From Amphiscolops sp. MND2022 (taxonomy: Eukaryota): DNA of 64,000 bases. Below are positions 1 through 12,810 of this stretch, in pieces (position 1 is the stretch's first letter; each line of letters opens with the position of its first letter). A program made the translations under genes and the position numbers. Where the stretch lies: NCBI GenBank assembly GCA_964187785.1, contig OZ076409.1, positions 84,570,001 to 84,634,000 of the forward strand. The letters run 5' to 3'. The notes below the pieces were generated by a model. It was not told where the DNA came from and did no database searches. It was given only the letters and a program-made list of their open reading frames with translations.

Positions 1-65
1 AGGAACCTTAAATTACGGACGACAAAGCGCTGCCATCTCCGGACTTTTCAAATCTTACTACAGAC

Positions 66-251
66 GTGGGGGATAATCCATATATACGGCGCCCCCCACC
101 CATTGAAAGTCCACCTATTCCCCCCAGTTCACCGCCTACAACTATTGGATATAATCCGAGAAAAATAGCAAAATACAACTTACGACCTAACCCTAAACCT
201 AACACGAATCCTGACTTCAGACGACTTGACGCTCTGACTACGACTATGTAA
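66..251 (+). CDS. pol: C-terminal tail of pol (integrase end) of element B; partial
   Basis: AKYNLRPNPKPN matches EKYNLRPNPNPN at the end of element A pol; stop at 249-251. Confidence 0.7.
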   Translation: MGDNPYIRRPPPIESPPIPPSSPPTTIGYNPRKIAKYNLRPNPKPNTNPDFRRLDALTTTM

Positions 252-495
252 AAGGAAAAGAATCATCTAGAGTCCAGATCGAACCGACCTGACAACTTCA
301 ATTAAAGGCATACTACGATCTTCAATTTTTTTTCCTCTTCTTTTCTCAATGACTATATACTACAGCCATTCAATATTTTTTTTTACGAGATTATCAACAT
401 GAAATCAACAGCCCGCTTGAGCAGGTAACAAACAAAAGAAATATACAAACTACGGACATCAAACTAACAAAGTTCAAAATAACAACAAAGGTTCA

Positions 496-3400
496 TCATT
501 TCTTTGAACTAGTGGCGCTACTCGACTGTTTCTTTGATGTTTTCTTTGCACTCTTTGATGACGATACACTACTACCACCATCCTTGGACGACTCTGCACG
601 GGGACGCTTAGAAGACGTTTTCGAAGGAGAACTCATAGAGGGAGCTGAGACCCCACCTGCTCCACGACCACAAGACGACGACGAGAACACATTGACATCA
701 ACAGCACCACGATGCACGCGCTGATTGGCTGCCCGGAATCGCTGATATGATTCCTCTTTCCGACGATCAATGTGCGCCTTGAACAATTCACTGTAACGTT
801 GGATGAACTCAGCACGGTCACCCACACACAAACGATTCCAGGGATCAAAATTGGAAGAGGACATGAACTCCCGAGTCCCAGAAATAGCATCACGCACACA
901 ATCCATAGTGTGTTGACTAAAGAAAACACCCAATTTAAAATCCGGGTTTCGCACGTAACTTTGCACACCTCGGAGACAAGATGAAATCATGGAGGCAGGT
1001 ACAGAACAGTCTTTCAAGGAGATATTCACCTCAGGATAATCCATCGCAGGACGCCGCATGACCAAACAACACAACTTCAGGATCTTACACAAGTCCTTTC
1101 GAGCCAGGAAACTATAATCAGCCAAGAAGTAGCTCATCACATCCACAATAGACTCAGCACTCCTCTCAGATTCAGCATGACGACGTCGAGCGTCCACAAC
1201 GAAGGTCACGAATTCCTCAGATCCAGATTTAGCCTCCTCACTACTCAAAGCACCACTACGTTCCAGCACTCGCACTAACTTGCTGAACAGGCGGAAGATG
1301 TAACGGTCATCCCCCTCTAATAGAAGCTCTGGACAGAATGAATAAGCACCTTGCAAGAAATCAGATGACACAAGATTTGATTCTAAAAGTACGTCCACTA
1401 AACGGTCCATGAATTCTCGACAACGATTTCGAAACTCCTGCATCTCGCCAGTCTTCCCTCGTTGCAACTCTTCGCCGAAATCGTGACTCAACAAGAAGTC
1501 GGCAGTGTCGATCTTCTTAAAAGCCTCGATCTTGGAGACATCCATATAGGCTTCCCAGTCGTGAAGCTCAGGCAAACTAGAAATCTGACGTGTACGGGAA
1601 AGCAGGCAGTACACAAATTGGCATATCTCCATGTAACAATGGAAGCCATAGTCCTCACGACCAGACAACTGCTTCTTGAAGGTACAACGATCTAAACAAC
1701 AAACCATTGCAATACCTACCTAACTATGGGAGATACGACAACAAGACGACGTCCACTTACAGAGATCGAGCACGTGCACGAGAAGTCCGAGGCGCAATCG
1801 ATTCGTATTATCGCAGTAGATTTGACTGTCAGTCCCCCGCATCTAAAACAGAACAACAGGAATATACTAATCTACTAACTAATCCCATGAACTACCCTAC
1901 CCAGAGGGTAGGAAGAAGGACAACATTACACAAGTAAAAACCCGAACCAACAATACTAACCATATCGGTTTCAACCTTGATATGTCGCGGTCCAGTATAG
2001 CGGATGAAATCCCTCACAGAGTTCCACACAGGGATCAACTCGGCAGCAACATCCCGCAGATCACAAAAGGCAACACGGCCAGCGACAACACAGCGACGGA
2101 GCACACGAGTATCTTCAAGCCAAGGCTCCTGCAGAGCCCCCTTCAGTCGCAGCATCAGGTAATCGACCATAGCAGTTACCTCCATCATGCCCAGCACCTC
2201 TTGATGAGCCTGTCGATAACAGCTGAGAAAAACCTCCTCAGTGAAATTGCGGCTCAAGATGAATTGGTGGCCATCCTCACGAGCATCACTCAACACTCGC
2301 AACAGAGACGGACTCGCACCCTCGATGGACAAGGGCAACTGACCACCAGGAACACTCCCAAGGATGCAGGACAAGGAGCTCAACTCAGCGAGGGGAACGC
2401 GTTGACCCGCCGTCTGGACGTCGACGCACACTTCCAGCAAGACATGTTTGTCCCATGTCCGCACAAGACACTGTTTTCCTCCTCCTCGATCAAGAAACAC
2501 AATGCTGTAGCTTTTGAAGTCATTGATCCGAGCGATCAACACACGTAGCACTCGAGGAAACAAACCTTGGCACAGCAATGACTAAAACACAATAACACTC
2601 CTTATATCAAGCCGTCACAAACTCGACCACCAAAAGTATAACAAAAAATGATGAGCAAGTGTGAACACCCAACACTTACCAATAACAAAGATAACGCAAC
2701 TCACCAGGGACTCTCCACGGCTCCATGTTAAATTGTATAACGGACTATCTGTTCCAAGAGTAGCCCGGAAATGTCCCCACAATTTCCGCAACAGCAGGTA
2801 GTCGCCTCCACTGCGAAGAAGTTCGACCAGACAGTTTATCATAGTCATGTGTGGCACACTCGAATCTATCTGGGTGCAAGCAGGCAACAGATCTTCAGGG
2901 AAACTGAAGCCTTCAGGTCTCTCTTTGAATGGAAGGGCCAGTTAGTCCCGCGTCTGCGACTCGCTCAACTCCATAGAATCCAGCAGCTTGTTGTAAACCT
3001 GCAAGCCCTGATGCACACGATAAGTAACATCGAGCACCCAATGTTTATCGCTTGCGAAGTGCCGACTGATCTCACGAACACCTTTCGTCGCTATGGAGAC
3101 GTCCCGCTCACAGATGGTGCAAAAGAAAGCTGTCTCAACGCCAGAACTAGAGCCGCTCACAAACAACTCAAATACAGGGTGATCTTTAACCATACTGCGT
3201 CGTAGCCGAGTACGAAGACTTGGAGGACGATTGCGCCGCCTGGACGGACTAGCACTCTCAAGACTGGTCTCCACCCGCGTCACCAACTCTTCAAATTCTA
3301 TAACAAAACGAAATTCTATAGACTAAGGAAAACGGCATCAGTGATACACCCACCCCAGATACATGACCACCCCCACACAAAGAAACGGACAACTAAAAAG

Positions 3401-4463
3401 AAAGAAGGAAAAATTACTAACTAGCAACGAAAGGCTCCACGGTTCGAGTCTCCAGCTCAGAAGCAACAGCCTCACCAAACAAAGCAGCTTGTTGCGTAGT
3501 ATAAGCGGCAAGCCCCGCCTGAGAATCCTCACCTCCGCTGCTCTCGATCTGAAACGTCTGCGTCTGGGCAACAGAAGCCAGAGTGACGGTGCGCCGACGC
3601 TTCCCAGGAGACACAGCAGGTTTGGACGGAGTAACTGCAAAATACAAGGAACAACCAGTCATGACAACTAAATAACGAAATTGCAGATACTTATCAAAAC
3701 CACAGACCATCATAGCAAAATCAACAAACGCAAAAAAACAGCAAAAAGAAAAAACAGCAATTGAATGAAAACTCACCCTGAGTGGAAGGCCGGGAGAAGG
3801 TTTCAGCAAAATTCGGCAAATACCGCGAGAAACACGGAGACGTCTTAGCGGCAACGTCAGCTCCTTTTCCACGGACAATCTTCTGAGCTCCGGCTTTCTC
3901 GTATTCAAGCGGGGGGCAGACGTCCTCACCTACGCGAGGAGAAATTGCACTAGGGATGTTTGACCTAGCAAGAAACTGCGAGAGAGGCACATCTGAATCC
4001 TCCTGAGACAATGGGGGAGAAGCACCAGCCAACGGAACAATTGAAGCAGCAACTGCACCAGAAGACTCAGCAGAAGGAACAGGCGGAACAGGGACGACAG
4101 CGGAAGCTTCAGGGACCACAACAGAGACTATGGGCGACGCAGAAACTCCAGTACCCGCAACAGAAACATTTACAGGAGGGACGGTCGACGCAGCAACGAC
4201 AGAAGTCGTAACAGGAACTAAAAAGAACACACATTCCCAGCATCGACGCGTCAGAAAATCTAAGCTGTGAAGATACAATCATGGAAAGGCCTAACCATGC
4301 AAACTATTATTCACGAAAGCTTAATGGATCAGGGAATGATGAACTCACCTTCTGCTGCTAGACCAACATTGTCAGCATCACTCGGATGTACGTCCCCCTC
4401 TGAAAACACATACTGAGTTTCGTTGCCACTCTGCGCGCCAAGGTCCACATGAGGAGAAGTCAT
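496..4463 (-). CDS. Seven-exon antisense gene of element B, about 1086 aa, BED-like zinc finger, possibly hAT-transposase-derived; one in-frame stop
   Basis: Exons 4463-4349, 4217-3777, 3634-3422, 3297-2705, 2581-1961, 1842-1761, 1691-496. Six introns (131, 142, 124, 123, 118, 69 nt) have GTGAGT/GTTAGT/GTAAGT donors and T-rich YAG acceptors. Phases 1,1,1,0,0,1 all join in frame (3261 nt). Single TAA at 2944-2942. Motif CTIC-x16-H-x5-H. Confidence 0.85.
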
Positions 4464-4519
4464 TTTTCCAAAGAAGCAATCTGAAAACAAACCTGAAGAT
4501 GAAGACAACAACCAAAATC

Positions 4520-4755
4520 GATGTCATTATAACAGTGACAAAACTTAAAGTTGGCAAGCCACCAACGAAATTGACGCTGGCATAACGTCAGTACCAAAAA
4601 GTTGATTAAAAATCAGCGAAATTGACGTCGGCATAACGTCGACAAAAAGGTTATTGGGTTATTAATTCTATAACCTATAATGACGTCATCATAACGGTGA
4701 CAAAACAAAAGTTAGTTAAGCTAACGAAAATGACGTCAGCATAACGTTGACAACC
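4520..4755. repeat. Degenerate 50-60 bp tandem array (core TGACGTC-NN-CATAACG-NN-GACAA) in the divergent intergenic region of element B
   Basis: About five copies near 4520, 4571, 4622, 4681 and 4731; CCAAT boxes follow at about 4785 and 4853. Confidence 0.75.
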
Positions 4756-4973
4756 TTGGCTCAGCGGATTAATTTAATTTGCAGCCAATAAAAAGCGGCG
4801 CCGGAATAACGTCAACACCTGGGGATTGAAAAGGATTAAAATGATTGAATAACCAATCAGAATAGAGGGATTTATCCCAATATTCTCCTTAATCCTAATT
4901 AATCCTGAATTCATTGAGGAACAATCAAAAGATAAAAGTCAGCTGCAAAGGAAGAAAGAATTTCTTGAAGAAA

Positions 4974-5738
4974 ATGACCCATCTACTGGAAATATACGAG
5001 CTAATAGACATCTCGTCAGATAGTGAAGACGGAACAGAGACGTCGGAGAGATCATCAACTCCCTTTCCCAGTGGGTCACTACCCAATATTAGAGTCATCC
5101 TAAATGTTTCAAATTCATCCGCCAGAGCAGTAGCTGACGAAGAAGAGAATTTCGACGTCTCGGCGGACTCGTTAGAAGCGGACTGCAAGAGGATGCGGCT
5201 GAGTTCGTCATTCGAATCCCTAGAATCAGGAGAACTTAACAACGCTTCGCCGAAGTCCGAATACAGCTCAATGAAGGAGAGTCCAGACAGTCCGGATGAA
5301 CAGGAAGAAGACGACAATAAATCGAACCCTGATGTGTTCGTGGTGGAAGGACATCGTGCACCAAGCCCACAATCGATCACGAGCTGCATTATCAACGAAT
5401 ATTTGGAGGAAATCCACAGGGAAGAAGACAATATTTCTCTTTTCGAGACTCCCCCAGGCCCACTGAAGAGAGTAATTCCACGTCCGATTAGCCCACTAAA
5501 TGACTTGGAAAAGCAAACACCAATACGGTCAGCGACAACGAAACGTACTCCAGGAGACGACAAAGAAAACAATCAATATCAGCCGTTCCAGTTTCGCCAA
5601 CCCGGGAGAGTTATACGACCCATGACAGTGGCCCTGTCACAGTCCGCTCCCGGACTGGATTGTGGATGTAGACGGATTGGGTTCGGACGAGGACACGGCT
5701 GTACAGCGAAACTTTCGAAAAGGTATTTTGGCTACTGA
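4974..5738 (+). CDS. Sense accessory ORF of element B (254 aa from ATG 4974), Ser/acidic/Pro-rich, function unknown
   Basis: Open frame at the same position as the 54153-55100 ORF of A; both have ELI[D/N]ISS near the N-terminus. Confidence 0.65.
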   Translation: MTHLLEIYELIDISSDSEDGTETSERSSTPFPSGSLPNIRVILNVSNSSARAVADEEENFDVSADSLEADCKRMRLSSSFESLESGELNNASPKSEYSSMKESPDSPDEQEEDDNKSNPDVFVVEGHRAPSPQSITSCIINEYLEEIHREEDNISLFETPPGPLKRVIPRPISPLNDLEKQTPIRSATTKRTPGDDKENNQYQPFQFRQPGRVIRPMTVALSQSAPGLDCGCRRIGFGRGHGCTAKLSKRYFGY

Positions 5739-8117
5739 CTTGAACTTTCATACTAATGTTAGAATAAACTGTGACTAAAAGTACGTCTAGCTTGCGCAAA
5801 GTTTAAATGAAAATGAGAACAGAAACTAAAATGAGCCAAAATGATTTCACACACTTCCGGCAGGACGTTTTCATCTCGTCAAAATGGAAACATTCGCCAC
5901 CTGAAAACTTAATTAAGTATGCGTCTTGAAATAAAGACCATAGACTGATCTAAACGAAAATATACCCAAAATCACCACTGGAAAAAGAGCATTATCTGGA
6001 TCTAAAATAGAAAGTACATTGAGATGACACACTGAAATATATACTCCTTTTCTAAGAAAGGCGGCTTAATTACACTTTGAACAGCAATTAGTGCGGATTA
6101 GGACGTCGGCACTGCGCTAGGTAAACAAAATAAAGGATACATGTATATTAGACGTCGGTAAGAAACAGACTTGAAAGTATATAATGTGACGTCACCGTTC
6201 CGTCCGCGCTCACTAGAGAACCATTCCAATTTACCGCCTATATTAGTGACACTACTTAAAATCATTCCAATTTTCCGCCATAGTGACGTCACGGTATTGC
6301 CTTCTCGGCGCGGACTAATTCTACTTCAAATTTACGTCCGCGTTACGTCCAATATCGGCGGCCTATAGCCAATCTTAATACGTACGTCCACGTTACGTCC
6401 GAAATCCATCAAAATAGTCGGTTTAATCCATCCAATTCAGTGGAATGAATATTAATATGTCGGATTTGACGGAAGAGAAACGTTTAAAGATGTTTTAGAA
6501 CTCTACGAGGTTAAGGATAAAACTTGATAATTTACGTCCTGTTCCCGTCAATGAAAATACTAATCTTTTGGAATCACATTGTAAAATGACCCGATTAGGA
6601 TTTCCATGTTCTTCATAATTAAAGTCACAGTTTATTCCAAAGGGGAATGCTATTAATGTACATTTTATGCTGTTTGAAGCAGACCATAAATATGATTGTG
6701 TATAACCTGACGTCAATCTGACGTATCTGAAAGTTGTGGGCTATGAACCAGCAAAGATTATATTTTAATAATGAGGTCATATTTTTATAATATTCATGTT
6801 CGTGTTTTTCCCCCAATATAACTGTGCTTGTTGTTGTTTTATACATCTCATTGTGATCATTTTCATACCACTTTTAGCAACTGACTGTTTCACTTTTAGT
6901 AGTTCGGTCCAACGACGTCAAGACGTCAAAGTTTAAATTCGAGTACGAATGAATTCAATTATGAAATTCATACTCGTTAATACCTTTGATTTTAATACGT
7001 CATAGCTCCGTCCACCTTTTCAGCCAATTTTGTAGTAGCCAAGAGCTGTTGCCAAATCATTCTAGTTTTCTAATGTAAATGTTGGTGTTACGTTAATTTG
7101 GTTTAATTACTATTTATCTGAATTGGGAATTCAACTCAAAAATTGAAGCTAATTCCATAGCTTTGTCCTTACTTTTCCTAGCATCATTGGAAATTCCAAA
7201 GCTGAAAACATTAGTCATAGCATTTCCTTCAAGTAAAAATTCAAAATCAGGTATTAGTTGTTCACGTCAGCGTCATCTCAGCGTCATTTTCCTACGAACC
7301 AAAGCAGTAAAACAGGGAATCATTTCCGGTTTGACAGACTGAAGTAATATCTACTTCCTGCTTGGGAGGAAAGCAAAGGACGCCGAGCTGAAATGATATG
7401 ATCGTGGTTGATGACTAATGCTAGATTGAAATTGTCGTGTCTCAAAAATTGACGAGTTATCGACGTAAAATTGGGAACAAAATGATTTTTTCATCGAAAA
7501 TACAGGAAATGACTAATTGTCCGAGGAAAATTAGGATTTTAATCGTGATCAAATGATGCTAGGAGGGTATATATAGGATGATTTTCATTGACTCAGGGAC
7601 TCAGTCTTTTGCAATTGTTTAATTCAGTCGAATTCTCAATTTCGCTAAACTCTAATCTCAGCTAACTTTGTTGAAAACTATCTTTGGAAAAATCAATTCT
7701 TCAAGATAAAACTTTTCTTCAAAATGTCTACAACTAGAAGCCAGAAAAGAAGGAATGAGCAACAAGGCGACAAGGACGTAAGTGAAGGTTTTATTTCACC
7801 GATAGTGGTAGAAAATCCGTGTTCTTCAAACCAGGACGTAGACGTGTCGGGTCCTTCTAGACCAAAATCTCCTCGAATTGAAAATAGTCTCTTGGAGAGT
7901 TTAAGGGCATCCTTGAAAGATGAGATAACATCGGAAATTAAGACTCTTCTTGCCGAATCCCAGAGAGAGATGTTGAAACTACTAAAACCTGAAACAAGGG
8001 GAAATATCAGGGAAAATACTGAGGAAGAAGTAGAAGAGGAAACTAGAAACTTTTATACCCCTACAAAGTCAGTGAGGATAAGTTCATCTCAAAACGACTC
8101 GATAGCATGTCGTAACA
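5609..8117 (+). repeat. 3' LTR of element B (right end well supported, left end uncertain)
   Basis: Ends TCGTAACA at 8117 and contains TATA/Inr plus a gag N-terminus like the A LTRs. Left end is a guess: AGTTATACGAC at 5609 after GGGAG; TGTTACG at 7086 is an alternative. No partner LTR in the window. Confidence 0.5.
7568..7606 (+). promoter_or_regulatory. LTR core promoter: TATA box plus initiator
   Basis: TATATATA at 7568-7575 and TCAGT at 7601-7605, about 120 nt upstream of the ATG at 7724. Confidence 0.55.
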
Positions 8118-8152
8118 GAATGCTTATCGAAGAAGATACTTTTCAAAAATGA
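7724..8152 (+). CDS. gag: LTR-encoded gag N-terminus of element B, reading 35 nt into flanking DNA
   Basis: Basic start (MSTTRSQKRR) then a coiled-coil-like stretch, as in the LTR ORF of A that continues into gag; 394 nt (131 codons + 1) lie inside the LTR. Confidence 0.65.
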   Translation: MSTTRSQKRRNEQQGDKDVSEGFISPIVVENPCSSNQDVDVSGPSRPKSPRIENSLLESLRASLKDEITSEIKTLLAESQREMLKLLKPETRGNIRENTEEEVEEETRNFYTPTKSVRISSSQNDSIACRNRMLIEEDTFQK

Positions 8153-11100
8153 ACGTGCATTTCACATGCCTGAAGGGGCCTCTTTTCGGGAAATTCCGGC
8201 ACTGTGTGGAACTTTTATTTTAAATAAACTTTTGTTTGATTTTCTTTGTTACTTATAATTCCTCTTCAAGACGGGATTTCGTTCTATTCAGTGTCAAGTT
8301 TTGTATATTTTGAAATTGCATTATAATAGTTTTGCTTTTAATTATACGCCCTTTTTTGATGAAACGCCCGATTTTGCTTGAAGAAAGAATGCGGGTTCTA
8401 AAAAGTCCACGCCAATGTCTAAATAATGTGCGTTCCATAATGACAATAAATCATTATTTCTTGCCATTGCGTATGTTTCGGCATTGGGGAGTTCATGAGA
8501 AATTCAAACAATTTTTGAGTTTTAAGTGTAGCGCCGATTTTAAGTGGACACAAAAAGAGGTGAAAGGTCTTTGACTGGACGTTCCGATACCACGTAATTC
8601 CAAAAATGTGACATTTTTGATTACTTTACTTTCTTTGGCACTTTACTATTTGGCTATTATTCAGGAACAAAATGAGGATCGTCAAAATTTCATGGATAAC
8701 AACATAGCGTGCACTTGAAGTCTTCGAAGCTGTCAAAATTGATTCGACAACAACTCCTTCAGACATGCCTCGACAAAGGCAAACTAGAAGATTTTTAAAG
8801 AATTCATGTTTTTTTCCAGCTCCGTCAAGGCATGTGTTGCTAGATACTGAAAACAGAGTTACAACGGGGCGAGTATCCTAAATCCTCTTTTTCGTCTAGA
8901 CCACCGAATACTTTAGACCAGTAGTGACATACTTACAATCTTCACGTCTAAGAAATTACTCAATATCTTAAAACTGACTAGCCCCAAGATACTAAATCGC
9001 GACGACATCTACGGTTTTGTAATCTTCTGAATTAACTACTGGTGGAGGAAGCCGGGATGGGAAAATTGATTCTGGCAGAATGACCGCTTCTGGATTTATC
9101 CGGATGTATCTTGGCAGTTTGGCACGTAGGCTAGAGATTGACGTCCTAATGACTTTTTCTACTGAATCTGAAATATTTATCCAAAACATACTTTTCTTCC
9201 CAGATATGCTCCGAAGGATTATTTCATTTACATGAACTTTCAAAGTTTTCCGTTCGATGTGGACTTGACTATGCGAACAACTTGAAGATTCTTGTTGTTC
9301 CTGTTTTCCTCCATTTTACATTTATTGAGGGCAAAAGGTTTAAAATGCTTGTTAGAATTCAAAATAAACGAATGTAGACCGTTTGGATCCATTAGTATGC
9401 GGTAGAAATTCCACTGCAATTCATTTTCATAGATAGAACTCAAAATACCACACAATGTCAGGGCAAATTAATCCAAATTAAAATTTTATAGGTTAAAACC
9501 TGCTACGCTAAAATCTCTTAGGTCAAAGTCTAAATTATAGAATCGTTATTTGCTTCTTTTACAAACTGATAGTGTCCTGAATGGAAAAGCAATGCCAAGC
9601 CAAGCGACGTGCAATTACTATTTCAGCGGCTGGTTTTGACGAAGAACAACCTTGAGGTGCGCGAAACTCCCATAAAACCATCCAAGAGATTTTGGCGTAG
9701 AAGATATTGTAACGGCAAGCGCTAAGCGTTTATTACGCCACAATAGGATGGAGGAACTGATATCATGGATATGGTCCGGGACAAACCACCATGACACCAG
9801 CTCATTTTACCCCCTAAAGATTGCCGGTCCCAAGGAGGGGGAACCGTCTAATAGGATGCTCTCCGGCCTGAGTCCAGTCTGTAACTGCTGAGAATAACGG
9901 GCATTATGCTTTTTTCTCTTCACAACCACCGTTTAGACAGCTTTCAAAAACAATGCCAAGGATAAACAGTGTAAATTTCCTTTTTCAGGTGACATCGGAA
10001 TAAAGTCTAAAATTCGGAATAGTATCTAGAACTAGCGCTCGAGCTAGTTAATACAGCTAAACACCATGAAAATACAGTAAAGCACGCATGAATATGGCAA
10101 ACCACACAGCTACAAGCTGGGGCGCAGGAGCTCCAAGCACCAAACAAGGATCTTTAAACGAAAAGACTCATTTCAACGGTTTTGCGCTACATTGGGTAGG
10201 ATAATTCTGAAAATCGGTAAAAACCGGGGTTAGCACCTCAAAAAGAGTATTTATAGAGTTCTCTAAGCTCTAAAGCTGTTTCGTTCTCCGTGCTCCTGCT
10301 TGGTCGTCTCCACGGGCGGCTTGCCTCGTCTTCTGAACTGCTTTTTTGGCAGGTACTTAGGCCAAAACATGCTCAATTTGCCACGTCAGATTTGAACGAA
10401 TTTTTGATCGATTTTTTGAAATCACGTTGTACTAGAGGGTTCCGTTAAATATTCTTTTAGAATGTTTTCATTCAGGATATTTTGATCCTGCTACACAACC
10501 TTGCAACCTTGTAACCTGCTACACAACTATCGTTATTCCAAGTTGTCCAAAGAGCAAGTAAGCCTGATTTTCACTTATTGGTAGTAACTTTTGTCAGATC
10601 ACTTCGAGGAGTCAAAATTGAATGTAGTTTGAAAGCACTTCCAAAAGCTTCCTCTTTGATCCAATTGCGCCTGGACGTCTGGTATCGTGGACAGACATGT
10701 TTTTGACCGACAACAGCTTAGAGACTATGAGTTTTAATCGCCACGTTAAATGGAAAAAAATGGGGAAAAATGCATATGGGATTGATCAATTCCAGCAAAG
10801 GTATGGTTCAAGAATGGACATTAACCAATTTTATTGTGAAATGGAACAATTCCAGTGTAACAATAATTGGATGACCCATTTTGTCAGTAATAGGAGTAAT
10901 ACATAGTATTTGAAAAACTTGGGAGAAAGAACTGACACTTTGACACTCAATGTCAACATTTTATGGGTTCCATGATAAGATACACCAAAGCCATCCTATT
11001 TTCACTGTTTTTTCTTGAAACAAAATACAGGAACATATTGCTGGAACAATAAACATGTTCTGAAACAAAAAAGAATAGAAATTGATTCCCGTATATAGAA

Positions 11101-12239
11101 GCCCATATGCTCCTAAAATGAACACCAATTTTGTGGTTTATTCACCACATGAAATTACCATTCAAATGAGTTTCGAGAAAGATTCAATGACACAATTGAT
11201 ACAGGTGTCCGAGTAGCAATACAAGTACCAAGCAATCAGTCGTTCCGCAAGATCCGAAAACGTCTTCGGCATTTTTAAAAGCAAAGTTTTCTAAGAACGC
11301 TTACAGACTGCTAAAACTTTTGTAGAGAACACTTTCATCCGTTTCAGCTGTCATTCAATTTCTGCTGAAATCTAATTTTTATGTTACCGTATATATCATT
11401 CGTGTTCTTTTATATGCAGAAGATAGTTGATAATTTACTGGAGTTTTCTCGTTTGACAAAATTTGAAAAAAAAACACTGAAATGGGTTTTAGCAACCGGC
11501 AAAAGATTGATGTTTTTTTTGCGTCAAATAGGCTATCCGAAGCTAAAACTGGACGTATGGGCAAATTATGGAGAAATCAACATAAAATTCCAAGAATTCC
11601 GTTCTGCTACAATTCAGTTTATGAAGTTCTTTTTACTTTGTCTTAAGACAAACTTGAAATCTAAGAAATTAGATCTTGAAACTTGAATTCTTCCAAACTT
11701 GAGCTCAAAAAGTGAAAGTTTTATGAAACATTTTACCACCGAAGGATTTAGGCTCGGTGCACATCTACTTGTTGCGATGTTGAACACGGGGAAAAGCTTT
11801 CAAAATAGAAAGTGCCCCCAAAAAGCCCATAGAAAAAAACTGCAACTTTTTTTGACTTTTGACCGTTTTATGCAACTTCTGTATAGTTCCTAAATGATTA
11901 CGTGTGTATGAATTCAACGACAAAGTTATTATCCGCTCAAAAGGAATACATTCAAGGTACAACTGAACTGATGAAAACTCTACTGGATTTTTGGAAGGTT
12001 TAATTGAAAAAACATCAAACGAAAAAAGACGCTCTGAAGAAAAAGATTTGGCGTTTTTCACCTGACAAGTACAAAAGGGAAATTTAACTAATCCGTAGCT
12101 AAAACAACCACAGGTGTGGAAATTTTCGATTTTGGTGTTTTTATCAAATTCTCATTGTTTTTTCGTGAGCTCAGACGAGAGGCAGAAGTATATGTATCAC
12201 GTTGCTAGACCCTCGGATAAGTACAAGCAGCTGAAAAGG

Positions 12240-12810
12240 CTGATGATACTGTGTTTTGTTATTGTCTATTTTTAGTGAGCGCGTTTTAGTAGAAAATGAG
12301 CCCAACTATTACAGTGGGTAGTTTTTTTTAGACGCGTAAGGTCCACTTTTTTGTTCATTTGTTCAACAACGTCAAACCTCAACAACTTCAAACCTCAACA
12401 ACTCCAACCTCAGAAGCGCGTCCAAAACGAAAAGAAAAAACAAAACAGACGTCCAGAACCTCGAAAACACACTAAGGATCTCCCATAGCCCCACTTTTTT
12501 CGGCACTGTGAGACTTTTTGAAATTTTTTGGATTGCACCAAAGGGCCCCCTTCATTTGTTTCGATATTTTGCAACACAATGGATGTCAAAAAATCGCAAA
12601 GTGCCCCCCCTTTTACATTTTTCGGCACTGTGACACTGTTCAAAAATCTCATTAAAAATTTTTTTTGAAATTTTTTCATGTCCCCAAAGGCTCCCCCTTT
12701 CATTTTTTTCATTTTTGCAACCAGCTGGAGTTTCACAAAGCCCGAAGGGTCCCCCCTTTTCAAGTTTGAGCCTTAGATATGGCGCCGACTTAGGCCGTTC
12801 TCGGCTTGTT
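12240..12810 (+). mobile_element. Copy of a dispersed non-autonomous repeat family (Helentron/HINE-like, tentative)
   Basis: Internal modules CGGCACTGTGAGACTTTTT and AAAGGGCCCCCTT; terminus GAGCCTTAGATATGGCGCCGACTTAGGCCGTTCTCGGCTTGTT recurs in variant form near 29944, 36544, 58155 and (minus) 17171. Left end approximate. Confidence 0.6.

Larger units (their letters stand above)
1..8117 (+). mobile_element. Element B: 3' part of a large Gypsy-type LTR retrotransposon (pol tail, antisense spliced gene, sense accessory ORF, 3' LTR); cut by window start
   Basis: Same order of parts as complete element A. Pol tail motif KYNLRPNP is shared with A (about 47925-47950). Antisense gene is homologous to that of A. 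The gag-like ORF from 7724 runs to ...TCGTAACA at 8117, followed by unrelated repeat DNA. Confidence 0.85.

Noticed and set aside
1982..3205. Plus-strand ORFs of 188 and 144 aa (also 4925-5572 minus, 54146-54526 minus)
   Set aside because: Shadows of real coding sequence on the opposite strand; no motifs.
8992..11220. Possible host gene fragments (8992-9455 minus; 10697-11220 plus)
   Set aside because: Short, interrupted frames with no recognisable domain or consistent splice pattern.
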